Assembly (NCBI GenBank): GCA_963840855.1
Contig: CAWJBB010000059.1
Location: 1-64,000, forward strand
Reading direction: 5' to 3'
From: an uncultured delta proteobacterium
GTDB lineage: Bacteria; Desulfobacterota; Binatia; UBA9968
Length of the DNA: 64,000 nt
Below are positions 11,023 to 21,370 of the stretch, piece by piece (position 1 is the first letter of the stretch; the number at the start of each line of letters is the position of its first letter). The notes below the pieces were generated by a model that was given only the letters and a program-made list of their open reading frames with translations, made no database searches and was not told the DNA's origin. Position numbers and translations under genes: made by a program.

Positions 11023-12435
11023 ATGGCAGCGAATGGAGAAACTCAACTGTCGTTTACGGGAAATTGTTATATCGAGCACCGGGTGTCGGTGCACCAGAAT
11101 AAGCCGGGTTTTCACAAGCTCATCGAACTACTGAAAAATTCCGATTTGAGCTTCGCCAACATGGAGTGCGCCATCCAGGACGGCGAGGACTGGCCCGCCT
11201 TCGGCTCGGGCATGGGTTGGGCCGGCACCGTCATGGGCGCTCCGCCGAGCATGATCGACGAGCTCAAGTTCATGGGGATTGACGCCGTTTACGCCGCCAA
11301 CAACCACGTGGCCGACTTCGGCGAGCCGGGGATTTTGACCACGATCAATTACTTGAAGCGCGGCGGCATGCCCTACGCCGGCATCGGCGCCAGTCTCACC
11401 GAGGCGGCACAGCCGGCTTATCTGGAAACCGAAAACGCGCGCGTCGCTTTGATCGCCCTGGCCGACTGGGGCCCGCGCCAAATGATGGATCTGCTTTTCC
11501 CGTGGCCCGCTGGTTATATGGGCTCGGACGAGCTGCCACCCTACAAGAGCCGCCCCGGAGTCAATCTACTGCGCTATGACTCGGTGGCGCACGTGGACCG
11601 CGCGGCTTTCGAACAGTTACGGCGCATCAGCCAAGAACTGAATTGGGAGCGGGGAAAAATCGTGCGGTTTCAGGGGGCGGCGCGCACCGAGACGCTCATC
11701 GGCTCCTCGCTCAAGGGGTGGGAAAAGGACACAGGTACCGAGTTTTTTTTCATGGGCCGTAAGTTCGTGCTGGGCGAGAAGTTCCGCATGTCCACTTTCC
11801 CTTACCAGGAGGACCTCGAGCGGACCTACAAAAATGTTACCGAAGCGCGGCGCCATGCCGACGTGGTCATCGTCGCGCTGCACGACCAGGCCCACGGCGT
11901 CGGCGTGCACGATTACATCAACATGTTCGCCCATGGTTGTATCGACGCAGGCGCCGACGTTTACGTCAATCACGGCGGGCTGCAAAGGGGCGTCGAATTC
12001 TACAAAGGCAAGGCGATTCTCTATGGCCAACCGCCGCTGTATCTGCAGAATAATGAAGTGACCAAACTCCCGCTCGCGATGAAACTGCGCCTGGGCCTGA
12101 GCATCGACAGCACGGTGGGCGAATTGCTGGAAGACCGCGAACGCAACCGCGAACGCGCCACAAGCGCCGGCGGCCAAACCCACGCCTTCTCCCGCATCGG
12201 CAGCGCCGTCCAGGTGGTTGTTTTCGGCGAGAACGCCGAGTTGAAAGAGGTCCGGATTTATCCGACGGAGGAATATATCATTCAAGGCCGGCGGCCCCGG
12301 CTGAGCGTGCCCCGCCTCGCAGAACCGGGGAGTGAGAAATTTCATCAGGTCATCGAACGGGCGCGCGAGAGATCCAAACCCTTCGGCACCACAATAGAAA
12401 TCCGTGACGGCATGGGAGTCGCACGCCTCGGTTGA
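11023..12435 (+). CDS. CapA (PGA_cap) family metallophosphatase-like protein
   Basis: FANME, ANNHVADFG, ADVVIVALH and GVEFYKGKAILYG motifs. Confidence 0.85.
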   Translation: MAANGETQLSFTGNCYIEHRVSVHQNKPGFHKLIELLKNSDLSFANMECAIQDGEDWPAFGSGMGWAGTVMGAPPSMIDELKFMGIDAVYAANNHVADFGEPGILTTINYLKRGGMPYAGIGASLTEAAQPAYLETENARVALIALADWGPRQMMDLLFPWPAGYMGSDELPPYKSRPGVNLLRYDSVAHVDRAAFEQLRRISQELNWERGKIVRFQGAARTETLIGSSLKGWEKDTGTEFFFMGRKFVLGEKFRMSTFPYQEDLERTYKNVTEARRHADVVIVALHDQAHGVGVHDYINMFAHGCIDAGADVYVNHGGLQRGVEFYKGKAILYGQPPLYLQNNEVTKLPLAMKLRLGLSIDSTVGELLEDRERNRERATSAGGQTHAFSRIGSAVQVVVFGENAELKEVRIYPTEEYIIQGRRPRLSVPRLAEPGSEKFHQVIERARERSKPFGTTIEIRDGMGVARLG

Positions 12436-12516
12436 AAAAAGCACTGCTCCCTACTTGCCTAACGATTTAATTCTGACACGTTTAACAAACGTATCGTGGT
12501 CAAGGAGGTTTATCCA

Positions 12517-12915
12517 ATGCTGAAAGGCGGATGCTTTTGCGGGCAGGTCCGTTACGAGGCAGGCGACATGCCCTTTCATGAGACAAACTGCCACTGCTCT
12601 GTCTGCCGACGAACCACGGGCGCTCCGTTCGTCGCGTGGTTCAGCGTGCCTCGGACGCATTTCCGGCTGGTGCGCGGCGAGCCCACCCGGTTTAGATCGA
12701 CGGCAAAGGCCACGCGGAGTTTTTGTCCTCAGTGCGGCACACAGTTGACCTTTGAGCACGAAGACTTCTTTGACGAAATCGACGTCACGACGTGCAGCAT
12801 TGATGAACCAGACGAGCTGCCGCCAAAGGACCACATATGGACGAGTAGCAAGCTCAGCTGGGTCAAACTGGCCGATCAGCTCCCCGAATACAAAGAAAAC
12901 CGGCAGGAGGAGTGA
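12517..12915 (+). CDS. GFA (glutathione-dependent formaldehyde-activating) family protein
   Basis: GGCFCG, CHCSVCRR and FCPQCGT motifs; AGGAGG RBS. Confidence 0.93.
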   Translation: MLKGGCFCGQVRYEAGDMPFHETNCHCSVCRRTTGAPFVAWFSVPRTHFRLVRGEPTRFRSTAKATRSFCPQCGTQLTFEHEDFFDEIDVTTCSIDEPDELPPKDHIWTSSKLSWVKLADQLPEYKENRQEE

Positions 12916-13020
12916 TCGTGATTCGCAGGAGCCAAGTGACTTAAAGAAAATTTCTCGCGCCAAGCCTGTCCTGAGCCCTTCGGCTTCGCTCAGGATAAAC
13001 TCCGTCGAAGGAACGCCAAG

Positions 13021-13130
13021 GCGCAAAGGAAGAGCATTGTCATTTCGACCGACGGGAGAAATCTTTCTTAGATCCCTCGCATTCGCTCGGGATGACAGCC
13101 CTTTGGCCTGTCACTTTGCGTCTTTGCGGG
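13021..13130. repeat. ~110-bp palindromic repeat (TGTCAT...ATGACA); an inverted copy lies at 15075-15300
   Basis: Its reverse complement matches 15075-15106 plus 15240-15300 almost exactly. Confidence 0.85.
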
Positions 13131-13306
13131 AGTTACAGTTTTTCCGATCTCTTTTTATCCAAAATTTCAAATATTTTTGGCTAGCGATTACCGGATGCCT
13201 GAACCATGCGCAGTGCGGAATTCCGTCACGAGACAGTTAGAAAGACTCTTGAGCAGAGGGTGGGCGACGAGTTAGTCTGATGTTAGAAGAGAAAAGGAGA
13301 TAAGGA

Positions 13307-14950
13307 ATGAGAGCAGTAGCAGTGGTTTGTGTTCTTGCACTTTGTGTTGCCACCGCAATGGCACAGCACCAACATGGAAGTGGAGCGACAAAAGGGGTTG
13401 AGCTTCATCCCGGGTTGGGCAACTACCACCATCCGATCACGACAAAGAGCGCTGAAGCACAAACCTACTTCAATCAGGGACTGACGCTTCTCTACGGTTT
13501 CAACCACGACGAAGCCGCACGTTATTTTCGCCACGCCTCGGAGCTCGATCCTGAAGCCGCGATGCCGTACTGGGGCCTCGCTCTTTCCATCGGGCCGAAC
13601 TACAACGATACCGCGATTGATGAGGCCCGCGCGAAAACCACTTACGACGCCGTGCAGAAGGCCCTTCAGCGCGCGCCGAAGGCAAGTGCTCGCGAACAAG
13701 ACTACGTCCGCGCGTTGGCGAAGCGCTACCGGTCACCGAACCCGAAATCGAACTGGAAGCAGCTCCACCTCGATTACAGCAAAGCGATGCGGGAGCTGGC
13801 GAAAAAGTACCCGGACGACCTCGATGCAACCACCATGTTCGCCGAGAGCCTGATGATGCTGCGGCCCTGGCAGCTCTGGACGCTTGATGGCAAGCCGGCG
13901 CCGGGCACGCTCGAGCTGGTCGCGGTGCTGGAGTCCGTGCTCAAGCGCAATCCGGATCACCCGGGAGCGAACCACTTCTACATTCACGCGGTGGAAGCCT
14001 CGGCAAATCTCGAGCGCGCCATTCCGAGCGCCGTGCGCCTCATGACGCTCGTTCCCGGCGCTGGCCACCTGGTTCACATGCCTGGACATATTTTTCTCCA
14101 GACCGGCGACTACGACCTAGCCGCAAAGACGAACGTGAATGCGGCGGCGGCGGACAAAGCGTTCGTCGAGCGCACCGGCGCGGCAGGCGTTTACCCGCTA
14201 ATGTACTGGACGCACAACATTCACTTCATCTCTTACGCGCGGGCTCAGCAGGGCCGGTACGACGAGGCGCGGCAGGCAGCGCAGGAAATGGTCCGCAACG
14301 TCGGCGACGCGGATTTAAAGATGCAGATGCTCGAAGGATTTCACCTTTATCCGCTGATGGTCGATCTGCGCTTCCATCGGTGGGACGATATTCTCAGTAC
14401 GCCGGATCCCGGCCCTAATCGACACCTCCACCGCGCCTTCCGGCAGTATGCGCGCGCAATGGCGCTGGCCGGGCAGGGCAAGCTCGCCGAGGCGGTAGCG
14501 GAGCAAAAGCAGTTTGAGGCACTCCGCAAAGCGGTGCCAGCGGAATCGCGATTCATCCTTAACAATAAATCGTCTGATATTCTTGCCCTCGCCGCGGCTA
14601 CCCTCGACGCGCAGCTTGCCTGGGCGCGCGGCGAAAAAGAACATTCTATTGAAGCGTGGCGCCAGGCGGTCAAGCTCGAGTCCAAGATCCAGTACGACGA
14701 GCCACCGGCGTGGTTCTACCCGGTGCGGCAATCGTTGGCCGCCAATCTCCTGCGCAGCGGGCGGTCTAGAGAGGCGGAATCCGTCTTCCGCGCGGCGATC
14801 GCAAAGCAACCGCGCGACGGCCGGCTGCTCTTCGGCCTGTGGCAGAGTTTGACGGCGCAGAAGCGCGACAGCGAAGCCGCGCTCGTTGAGCAGCAGTTCA
14901 ACGCCGCGTGGAAAGATGCCACGGTGCAGTTGCGGATTGAAGACCTGTAA
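13307..14950 (+). CDS. Exported TPR-repeat protein
   Basis: Signal peptide; YGFNHDEA, HPGANHFYIHAVE, HLVHMPGHI and YDEPPAW motifs. Confidence 0.88.
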   Translation: MRAVAVVCVLALCVATAMAQHQHGSGATKGVELHPGLGNYHHPITTKSAEAQTYFNQGLTLLYGFNHDEAARYFRHASELDPEAAMPYWGLALSIGPNYNDTAIDEARAKTTYDAVQKALQRAPKASAREQDYVRALAKRYRSPNPKSNWKQLHLDYSKAMRELAKKYPDDLDATTMFAESLMMLRPWQLWTLDGKPAPGTLELVAVLESVLKRNPDHPGANHFYIHAVEASANLERAIPSAVRLMTLVPGAGHLVHMPGHIFLQTGDYDLAAKTNVNAAAADKAFVERTGAAGVYPLMYWTHNIHFISYARAQQGRYDEARQAAQEMVRNVGDADLKMQMLEGFHLYPLMVDLRFHRWDDILSTPDPGPNRHLHRAFRQYARAMALAGQGKLAEAVAEQKQFEALRKAVPAESRFILNNKSSDILALAAATLDAQLAWARGEKEHSIEAWRQAVKLESKIQYDEPPAWFYPVRQSLAANLLRSGRSREAESVFRAAIAKQPRDGRLLFGLWQSLTAQKRDSEAALVEQQFNAAWKDATVQLRIEDL

Positions 14951-15106
14951 GGGAGAGGGTGGGCGGGGAGAAGAGGATAGGACAGGCGCATGAAACCGTT
15001 CGTGACCGGAGCCACCGGGTTCATCAGGGCCGCATGCCCTCGAACACAGGACGTTACTCGCGCCAAGACGCCAGGTGACCGGCCAAAGGCCTGTCATCCC
15101 GAGCGA

Positions 15107-15235
15107 CAGACTATGTGAAAACTCCGTTCATGGTTCGACTGGGCTCACCACGAACGGATGTCAAACGTGACAAATCAGACAGTTATCCGTTCGCAGCTTA
15201 GTCGAAGGGCTCCTAACGAGTTTTCACACAGTCTG
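15107..15235. mobile_element. 129-bp MITE (IS1182/IS5-like ends) inserted into a repeat
   Basis: TIRs CAGACTATGTGAAAACTC / GAGTTTTCACACAGTCTG (17 of 18); GCGA duplicated at 15103-15106 and 15236-15239; the empty site is visible at 13085. Confidence 0.85.
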
Positions 15236-15372
15236 GCGAATGCCAGGGATCTAAGAAAGATTTCTCCCGTCGGTCGAAATGACAATGCTCTTCCTTTGCG
15301 TCTTTGCGCGAGATAATCCGACTTTTGGTTGCGGCGTAGCCGCGCTCGCAAACTTAGGGAAAGGAAACTACC

Positions 15373-15520
15373 ATGTCCAGTCTTGCAAAGAACACCAAAA
15401 CGACGGTGATACCGTGCCTGCGCTATCGCAATGCGCCGGCCGCAATCGAGTGGCTATGCCAGGCTTTCGGATTTGAGAAGCATCTCATCGTGCCCGGCGA
15501 AGGCGGAACCATCGCCCATG
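15373..15520 (+). pseudogene. Truncated VOC/glyoxalase N-terminal fragment
   Basis: TVIPCLRYRNAPAAIEWLCQAFGFE...GTIAH, after which similarity is lost. Confidence 0.75.
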
Positions 15521-15602
15521 AAAGCTCTTTGAGAAAACAAAAAATATTCTATCGAGTTTACTTGAATCCGCGTTTAACCCGAAGAATGAGGAAGGTGATA
15601 CG

Positions 15603-16181
15603 ATGAAGCTGTACTATAATCCTAAGAGTCGTGCGGTAATCGCCAAATGGATGCTTGACGAGTGTGGCGCGGACTATGAGATCGTTCCCATCGACTTTGA
15701 AAAGCTCGAGCACAAGACGCCGGAATTCCTTAAGATCAATCCGGCCGGTAAGCTGCCCGCTCTTGTCGACGGCGACTCAAAGATCTTCGAAGGCACGGCG
15801 ATCTGCCTGTATCTCGGCGACAAGTTTTCCGCCGCCAATCTGGCTCCCAAGATCGGCGCGCCGGAACGGGGCCGTTATCTCTCGTTGATGGTCTACTCGA
15901 CCTCCCAACTCGAGCCAGCCATGGGCGACGCGTTGTTGAAGGCACAGTCGTTGCCCCAACGCGGCTGGACGGATTTCGAGACGGCCAAGAACGTAGTCGA
16001 AGGCGAGTTGGGCAACGGCCCTTACCTTTTCGGCGATTGGTTCACTGCCGCCGATGTGATGATCGGTTCGATGTTCATCTGGAAGCGGATATGGGGCGGA
16101 CCGGCGGACCGGCCGAAGCTGGAGGCATACGTGGATCGTCTGTTGGCGCGCCCCAGAGCGATGAAGTTCGGGGCAACGTGA
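15603..16181 (+). CDS. Glutathione S-transferase family protein
   Basis: INPAGKLPAL and FTAADV motifs. Confidence 0.92.
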   Translation: MKLYYNPKSRAVIAKWMLDECGADYEIVPIDFEKLEHKTPEFLKINPAGKLPALVDGDSKIFEGTAICLYLGDKFSAANLAPKIGAPERGRYLSLMVYSTSQLEPAMGDALLKAQSLPQRGWTDFETAKNVVEGELGNGPYLFGDWFTAADVMIGSMFIWKRIWGGPADRPKLEAYVDRLLARPRAMKFGAT

Positions 16182-16240
16182 GCTTTGTGGAAAGTTCCTA
16201 AAGACTTTTCATGTAGTCTGTCGTGGCGTTAGGCCGATAA

Positions 16241-16687
16241 ATGGTTCGATGCCTAGCTGAAGTGCTCGCAATCTTTTGCTGCGGGCTTTTCTTTGGCGCG
16301 GCGCTCTACGTTTCGCTCGTCCAGCATCCTGCGGCGCTCGAGACGGGCAACGACTTCGCAGCGCGCTTTTTCCCTGCGATGTACACGCGGGCCGCTGTCC
16401 TTCAGGCGAGCCTCGCGTCGATCGGGTGCGCGGCTGCGATCGCCGCGTGGCTCGCGGGTGCAGGCCGTTTATGGCTGGCCGCTGCCGTTCTCCTCGGCAG
16501 CGTAGTTCCGTTCACCCTCGTCGTCATCAAGCCCGTTAACGATGCGTTGCTGCAGGGCGGTAACATCTCCCCCGCTGAACTTGGTGTGCTTCTTGTCCGC
16601 TGGGGTTATCTTCATTGGGCACGAACCGTCGCAAGCGGATTGTCCTTTGTAATGTGTCTTATCGGTATTGTGCGACAAAAGTCATAA
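16241..16687 (+). CDS. DUF1772-like (anthrone oxygenase-like) membrane protein
   Basis: GLFFGAALYVSLVQHPA, PFTLVVIKPVN and WGYLHWART motifs. Confidence 0.8.
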   Translation: MVRCLAEVLAIFCCGLFFGAALYVSLVQHPAALETGNDFAARFFPAMYTRAAVLQASLASIGCAAAIAAWLAGAGRLWLAAAVLLGSVVPFTLVVIKPVNDALLQGGNISPAELGVLLVRWGYLHWARTVASGLSFVMCLIGIVRQKS

Positions 16688-16862
16688 GGGTCACCCCTCA
16701 TCCACGAGCAGCACGCGTAGGGCGTGACTCGGTTTGCTCTTACGGATGTGATCGCTAGATGAGATCCAGCCGTTACGTCAGTGGGAAGCGCAGGTCGAGC
16801 TGCTTGACACTCGTGGTCTTAGAACGCTACAAAATTTTTGAACAGAATATCCGGACCAAATT

Positions 16863-17207
16863 ATGGCTGCCAAAACTCTCAGCGTAAGCGAAGCTAGAAA
16901 ACAGTTCAGTCGTCTGGTCGACGGCGTGAGCCGGGGACGGGCAGCCATTACCATAACGCAACATGGAAAAGAACGGGCTGTCCTCATCGGAATAAGAGGA
17001 TACCAAGAGCTTTCCCAAAAGGCGCGGGCTTATGATCAACTCAAGAAACAGAGCAAGCCCTTTACCGTGAGAGGGTCTTTGGAACTCTGTTGTTCTTCAG
17101 AGGAACTGCTAAAGGAGATGCGGCAGATTCGCACTAGGTGGACAGAATCCATTCAACGCTCATCGGAAGAGATGGCCCAAGAGATGTCCGGTAAACGAAT
17201 TATGTGA
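16863..17207 (+). CDS. Phd/YefM family antitoxin
   Basis: SVSEARKQFSRLVD...ITITQHGKERAVLI. Confidence 0.88.
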   Translation: MAAKTLSVSEARKQFSRLVDGVSRGRAAITITQHGKERAVLIGIRGYQELSQKARAYDQLKKQSKPFTVRGSLELCCSSEELLKEMRQIRTRWTESIQRSSEEMAQEMSGKRIM

Positions 17208-17233
17208 CGGACACTCACGCGTTCGTCTTTTAA
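17195..17233 (+). pseudogene. VapC/PIN toxin N-terminal remnant
   Basis: Reads (ACG)NYVTDTHAFVF-stop, matching the first PIN motif. Confidence 0.65.
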
Positions 17234-17545
17234 ACCATTGGCCGCCAGTCTAAGGTTCAACCACCTTGAACGTTTTGAACGGCTTGAACGTTTTGAACGG
17301 GTCATTGAGTCGGTTCGGCCTCATGATGAGCCCCACGCAAGTTGCGACTCATCGGATTATGCGGTCGGAGCGATCGATCTAATGATTGTTTAGATATCCA
17401 GAGACGACCTGAAAAATCAGATGTCAACTCGCATCAATAAAGCGCAACGGCTTACAGCTAGGGAATCTTCTTTGTCAAATCGAGATTTTCTGCGAATAAA
17501 CCGTGGCTTGACAGCTCGCCTCGTAGTCTGGCAAAGCGAGATGAG

Positions 17546-17878
17546 GTGAAGATCCCTTATGGTGAGCGCGCCGATGTAAGCACGAAGCTCGAGGACTATG
17601 TGCTGAACCCTCGGCACTGGGAAGGGCGCCACAAGGCGCGGGTTTTCGAGTCAGTGCTCGGCATCACCTCGGCAAACAAGGAAGTCTTGGCCGAAGCGCT
17701 TCGATCGGCGGCGGAAAACTCGATTGACGCTGAGTTGCTCGGAAACAACGGTCATGGTGATGTTTACGTGTTGCGTTTTCAGTTAGAAACGGAGCGCGGT
17801 GCCGCATCCGTCCTGAGCGCTTGGATCATCCGAGATTATGAAGACTTTCCTCGTCTGATTACTTGCTATATACTTTAA
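17546..17878 (+). CDS. DUF6883-like putative toxin
   Basis: KLEDYVLNPRH.EGRHKARVF and PRLITCY motifs. Confidence 0.75.
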   Translation: MKIPYGERADVSTKLEDYVLNPRHWEGRHKARVFESVLGITSANKEVLAEALRSAAENSIDAELLGNNGHGDVYVLRFQLETERGAASVLSAWIIRDYEDFPRLITCYIL

Positions 17879-17880
17879 CT

Positions 17881-18126
17881 ATGATCGGCGAAATCAAAAC
17901 GCATGACGTGGTCGCATTAATGCAAGACGTGCGGGCGAAGCACTTTGCGAGCGATAAACCCCTGCTATTGCGTCGCGGTCAGATCGGTACGGTCGTGATG
18001 CTGTATCAGGATGGCAGTTGTGAAGTGGAATTTGCGGACCGCGATGGTCGCGCATTTGCCATCTTGCCGCTTCAACCTGATCAGTTGATGGTTCTCCACG
18101 ACACGCCTGATTTCGCAGCCGCTTAG
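17881..18126 (+). CDS. DUF4926-like protein, putative partner of 17546-17878
   Basis: HDVVAL, RGQIGTVV and EVEFADRDG motifs. Confidence 0.8.
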   Translation: MIGEIKTHDVVALMQDVRAKHFASDKPLLLRRGQIGTVVMLYQDGSCEVEFADRDGRAFAILPLQPDQLMVLHDTPDFAAA

Positions 18127-18402
18127 CGGAACTTACTATCGACCAATCAGTGAATCGCGTCCTCTCTCGACCGGATCTTGAGCCGCCTGTTTCGCGCTGT
18201 CCTGTCTGCTCTGCTCCCTGGACCTAACGGTGCTGAACCTCGCGTTGCGAGCCGGGAAAACGGGTCAATGTTTTATGTTTGTATTCGGGTTATTGAGCGC
18301 GGTTGCGCATTGTATTGCGACAACGTGTCATTGCGGTAACGATTGATATAGTGGTTCGTTAGGGACTCGATTTAGATCGGAGGGAGACTAAACCAGCAGC
18401 TC

Positions 18403-19287
18403 ATGCGCAAACGGATTATCAGCGGTGTTGTGTTGGCCTTGAGTGGCGTTGTGGTTCTCGCGGTGTTGAACGTCAACTTCCTGGTTCGGCGCAACAAAGA
18501 TTATCTGATCGGCCAGGTGGAGCAGGCGCTCGGGCGCAAGATTACCGTGGACAAGATCGAGGTGACACTCATCCCCGTCGGCGCTCGTTTGATAAATTTT
18601 GCCATGGCCGACGATCCGACCTTTTCCGCCGACGCCTTTCTGCGCGCTAAGGATCTCAAAGTAAATTTTCAGCTTCTACCCTTGTTAATCGGCCGGTTCC
18701 GTCTCAAAAGAATGGCGCTTGAGGCGCCGCTCGTGAACATCGTTCGCGATGCCGAAGGCCAATACAACTTCGCGATCAACGCCCGCAATAAGAAAAGCGA
18801 CCGGGACAGCACAGACAGTAGCAAAAACGCATCCGCCGAGAACAAAGACGTCCCGCTGTTTTTGGTTGCCTCGTTGAATGTTACCAATGGCACGCTGCGT
18901 TATCGCGATCTCACGAACGGCCGCGAGCTAACGGCGACGCAGATCAACCTGAAAGTGAATGACTTCGAATGGGACGAGCCCTTTGACATTCAGCTGGAGG
19001 CTGCGGTCATGGCCGACAAACACAACCTAAAGTTCAAGAGCCGGGTCGGCCCTATCGCAGGAAATCGTGACTATCGCGACGTCCCCATCGATGGCGAGAT
19101 CCACGCCGATGCCTTCGATATGGGAAAGGTCAATACCGCCCTGCCGCAGTTCAGAAAGGCTTTGCCGAAAGTGCTGCGGTTTGACGGCGTCTACACCATT
19201 AAGGACCTCAAATTCAAAGGCACGCTGAATAATTTATCGCTCAAGGGCGCCGTGACCGGCACGGATGCGTCGTTTCGGTTTGAATAA
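18403..19287 (+). CDS. AsmA family protein (short)
   Basis: N-terminal TM; EQALGRKI, LLPLLIG and IVRDAEGQYNF motifs. Confidence 0.8.
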   Translation: MRKRIISGVVLALSGVVVLAVLNVNFLVRRNKDYLIGQVEQALGRKITVDKIEVTLIPVGARLINFAMADDPTFSADAFLRAKDLKVNFQLLPLLIGRFRLKRMALEAPLVNIVRDAEGQYNFAINARNKKSDRDSTDSSKNASAENKDVPLFLVASLNVTNGTLRYRDLTNGRELTATQINLKVNDFEWDEPFDIQLEAAVMADKHNLKFKSRVGPIAGNRDYRDVPIDGEIHADAFDMGKVNTALPQFRKALPKVLRFDGVYTIKDLKFKGTLNNLSLKGAVTGTDASFRFE

Positions 19288-19333
19288 GCGGACGACTAGC
19301 TGAGACTTCATCGACTCGACGCCAGCGGCGCCA

Positions 19334-20110
19334 TTAGATGCCGAAAAGCTCCTTGAGCGTACGCGCGGTCGAGGCAATCGACTGCACGTTGGCGCGTTCC
19401 TCGGCCTTGTTCTTCGGGGCGGAGAAGCCGTGGGCGGTGCCGCTGTAAACTTCCAACTGGAAGGGGACTTTCGCGGCACGCAGTTCCTGGATCACCTTAT
19501 CGACCACCGGGAGCGGATAGCCCTCGTCCTCGGCGCCGTGCAAGATCAGGAACATTCCCTTGGCGTTTTTTGCCCAACCGGGCGCATGGTCGCCGAACGA
19601 GCCGTGGATCGAAATGTTCGCCACGAGCGGCGCACCGGTCGAGCCGAACTCGACGCCAACGGCGCCGCCGAAGCAGTAGCCGACGAGCGCGACTTTAGAC
19701 GCGTCGACCATCGGGTTCTTGATGAGCGTGTCGTATCCGGCGTGGGTGCGCGCGCGCAACAGCTCGCGGTTCTTTCTGTAGATCTCGGTCTGCGCCGCCA
19801 TTTCCTCAGTGTTCTTGGGCAGCACTCCCTGGCCGTAGCCGAAAATGTCGGCCGCGAACGAGACGTAGCCGAGCTTGGCCCAGATCTCGGTGAGCTTGAG
19901 CGTTTGGGGCGACATGCCCGAGCGCGCATGGGCGACCAGCACGGCCGGGCGCCGGCCGGTGATCTTGTCGTCGTAGGCCATATAGGCCTTGAGTTTGGTG
20001 TTGCCGTGGCTGTACTCGACCCACTGGCTCTTCATCTCGGCCTGCGCCGGTACAGCGGACAGGGTGAAAACAGCGGCCAGAGCTGCCGGAAGGATACGCC
20101 GTATGGTCAT
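19334..20110 (-). CDS. Dienelactone hydrolase family protein
   Basis: GYCFGG, LHGAED and YSGTAHGF motifs; signal peptide. Confidence 0.92.
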   Translation of the reverse strand: MTIRRILPAALAAVFTLSAVPAQAEMKSQWVEYSHGNTKLKAYMAYDDKITGRRPAVLVAHARSGMSPQTLKLTEIWAKLGYVSFAADIFGYGQGVLPKNTEEMAAQTEIYRKNRELLRARTHAGYDTLIKNPMVDASKVALVGYCFGGAVGVEFGSTGAPLVANISIHGSFGDHAPGWAKNAKGMFLILHGAEDEGYPLPVVDKVIQELRAAKVPFQLEVYSGTAHGFSAPKNKAEERANVQSIASTARTLKELFGI

Positions 20111-20443
20111 ATGAAACCCTCCCTAGAATACGCCCAGCTTTGCGCAGCCGGAGCCGAAGCGACGAATAGAAAGTTCCAAACACCCATTTTTTGATGGGAG
20201 CTATATCGCCGAACCGGCGGGTAGTCAATCGCAAAATTGTTGGTGAAAATCGTGGTCCAGAGGATTTATCGCCAACCCGGTTAGATTCCTCGCCAATATT
20301 GCGTTTAAGTCCAAAGCCCAATTTGAAAATTCTTAAAACATCGAAATCTTTGTCCGAGTTCAGCCCCCATTACGTCCCCGAAAAATCTCGTCGGGATATC
20401 CAACGAAAAAAAAGCCAGCAGACACCGGCGTTTTTCTTTGAGG

Positions 20444-21370
20444 CTAGCCATGCGCGAGCACTTTCTGGACTTCGTCAGCGGGTACGTCGATGTTTACACC
20501 TGCACGCTCTTCCTGAAGCAGCATGAAGATGCGTGAATCGCGCTCGGCCCAGCCGCGGTTGAGCGCTTCCGTCAGCTCCTCATGCACCAGCGCCGCGATC
20601 CGTAGCGGCACATTCAATTCGCGGCCGAGCTCGGTCGCCAAGGTTATGTCTTTGTGAGCGAGTTTTAGAGTAAATGACGGTGGATCGAAACGGTGCGGCA
20701 GAAACTGCTCGGCGAGCCGATCGAACGTTCTCCTGCGGCCGAACGCACCCTGGCGCACCGCCTGCCATAGCGCGAGGGGTTCGACTCCGGCTTTGACACC
20801 GAGGGTGAATACTTCGCCAAGCGCAGCCAGTATCGCGTACCCCGCGGTGTTGTGCACGAGCTTCGCCACTGTTCCGGCCCCAATCGGGCCAACGTACATG
20901 GGTTGATCTCCGATCGCACGCAGCACGGGCTCGTGGCGGTCGAATTCCGCCCTGTCGCCACTCACCCACAGGGCGAGTTGGCGACTCTTTGCGCCGGCAG
21001 GACCGCCGCTCACCGGCGAATCGAGCATCGCGACGCCCTTTGCCGCGAAGCGCTTGTGCATGCGTCGGACCACGGTTGGGGAGTTGGTCGAGAGGTCGAA
21101 CCATGTCGTCCCGCGACGCATGCCGGCGAGTAGACCGTCCTCCGCGAGCGCCACCTCTTCGACTTCCTGTGGCCCCGGTAGCGAAGTGAATAAGATGTCA
21201 GCCGCCTCGGCCACCTCGCGCGCCGACTCACGCCATGCCGCGCCGACCTTCAAGTGAGGCGCACCCGCCTCCCGCCGGATGTCGTTTACAACGAGGTCAT
21301 AACCCGCGGCGCGAACGTTGAGCGCCATGCTAGCCCCCATAGTCCCCAGTCCAATGAAGCCTACTTTCAT
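20444..21370 (-). CDS. NAD(P)-dependent 3-hydroxyisobutyrate dehydrogenase family protein
   Basis: GFIGLGTMG and LDSPVSGGP motifs. Confidence 0.92.
   Translation of the reverse strand: MKVGFIGLGTMGASMALNVRAAGYDLVVNDIRREAGAPHLKVGAAWRESAREVAEAADILFTSLPGPQEVEEVALAEDGLLAGMRRGTTWFDLSTNSPTVVRRMHKRFAAKGVAMLDSPVSGGPAGAKSRQLALWVSGDRAEFDRHEPVLRAIGDQPMYVGPIGAGTVAKLVHNTAGYAILAALGEVFTLGVKAGVEPLALWQAVRQGAFGRRRTFDRLAEQFLPHRFDPPSFTLKLAHKDITLATELGRELNVPLRIAALVHEELTEALNRGWAERDSRIFMLLQEERAGVNIDVPADEVQKVLAHG

Noticed and set aside
16227-16233. GTTAGGC just upstream of the DUF1772-like gene (similar hints at 12457 and 28440)
   Set aside because: May be old cassette scars, but no matching attC hairpin is present; too short to call.
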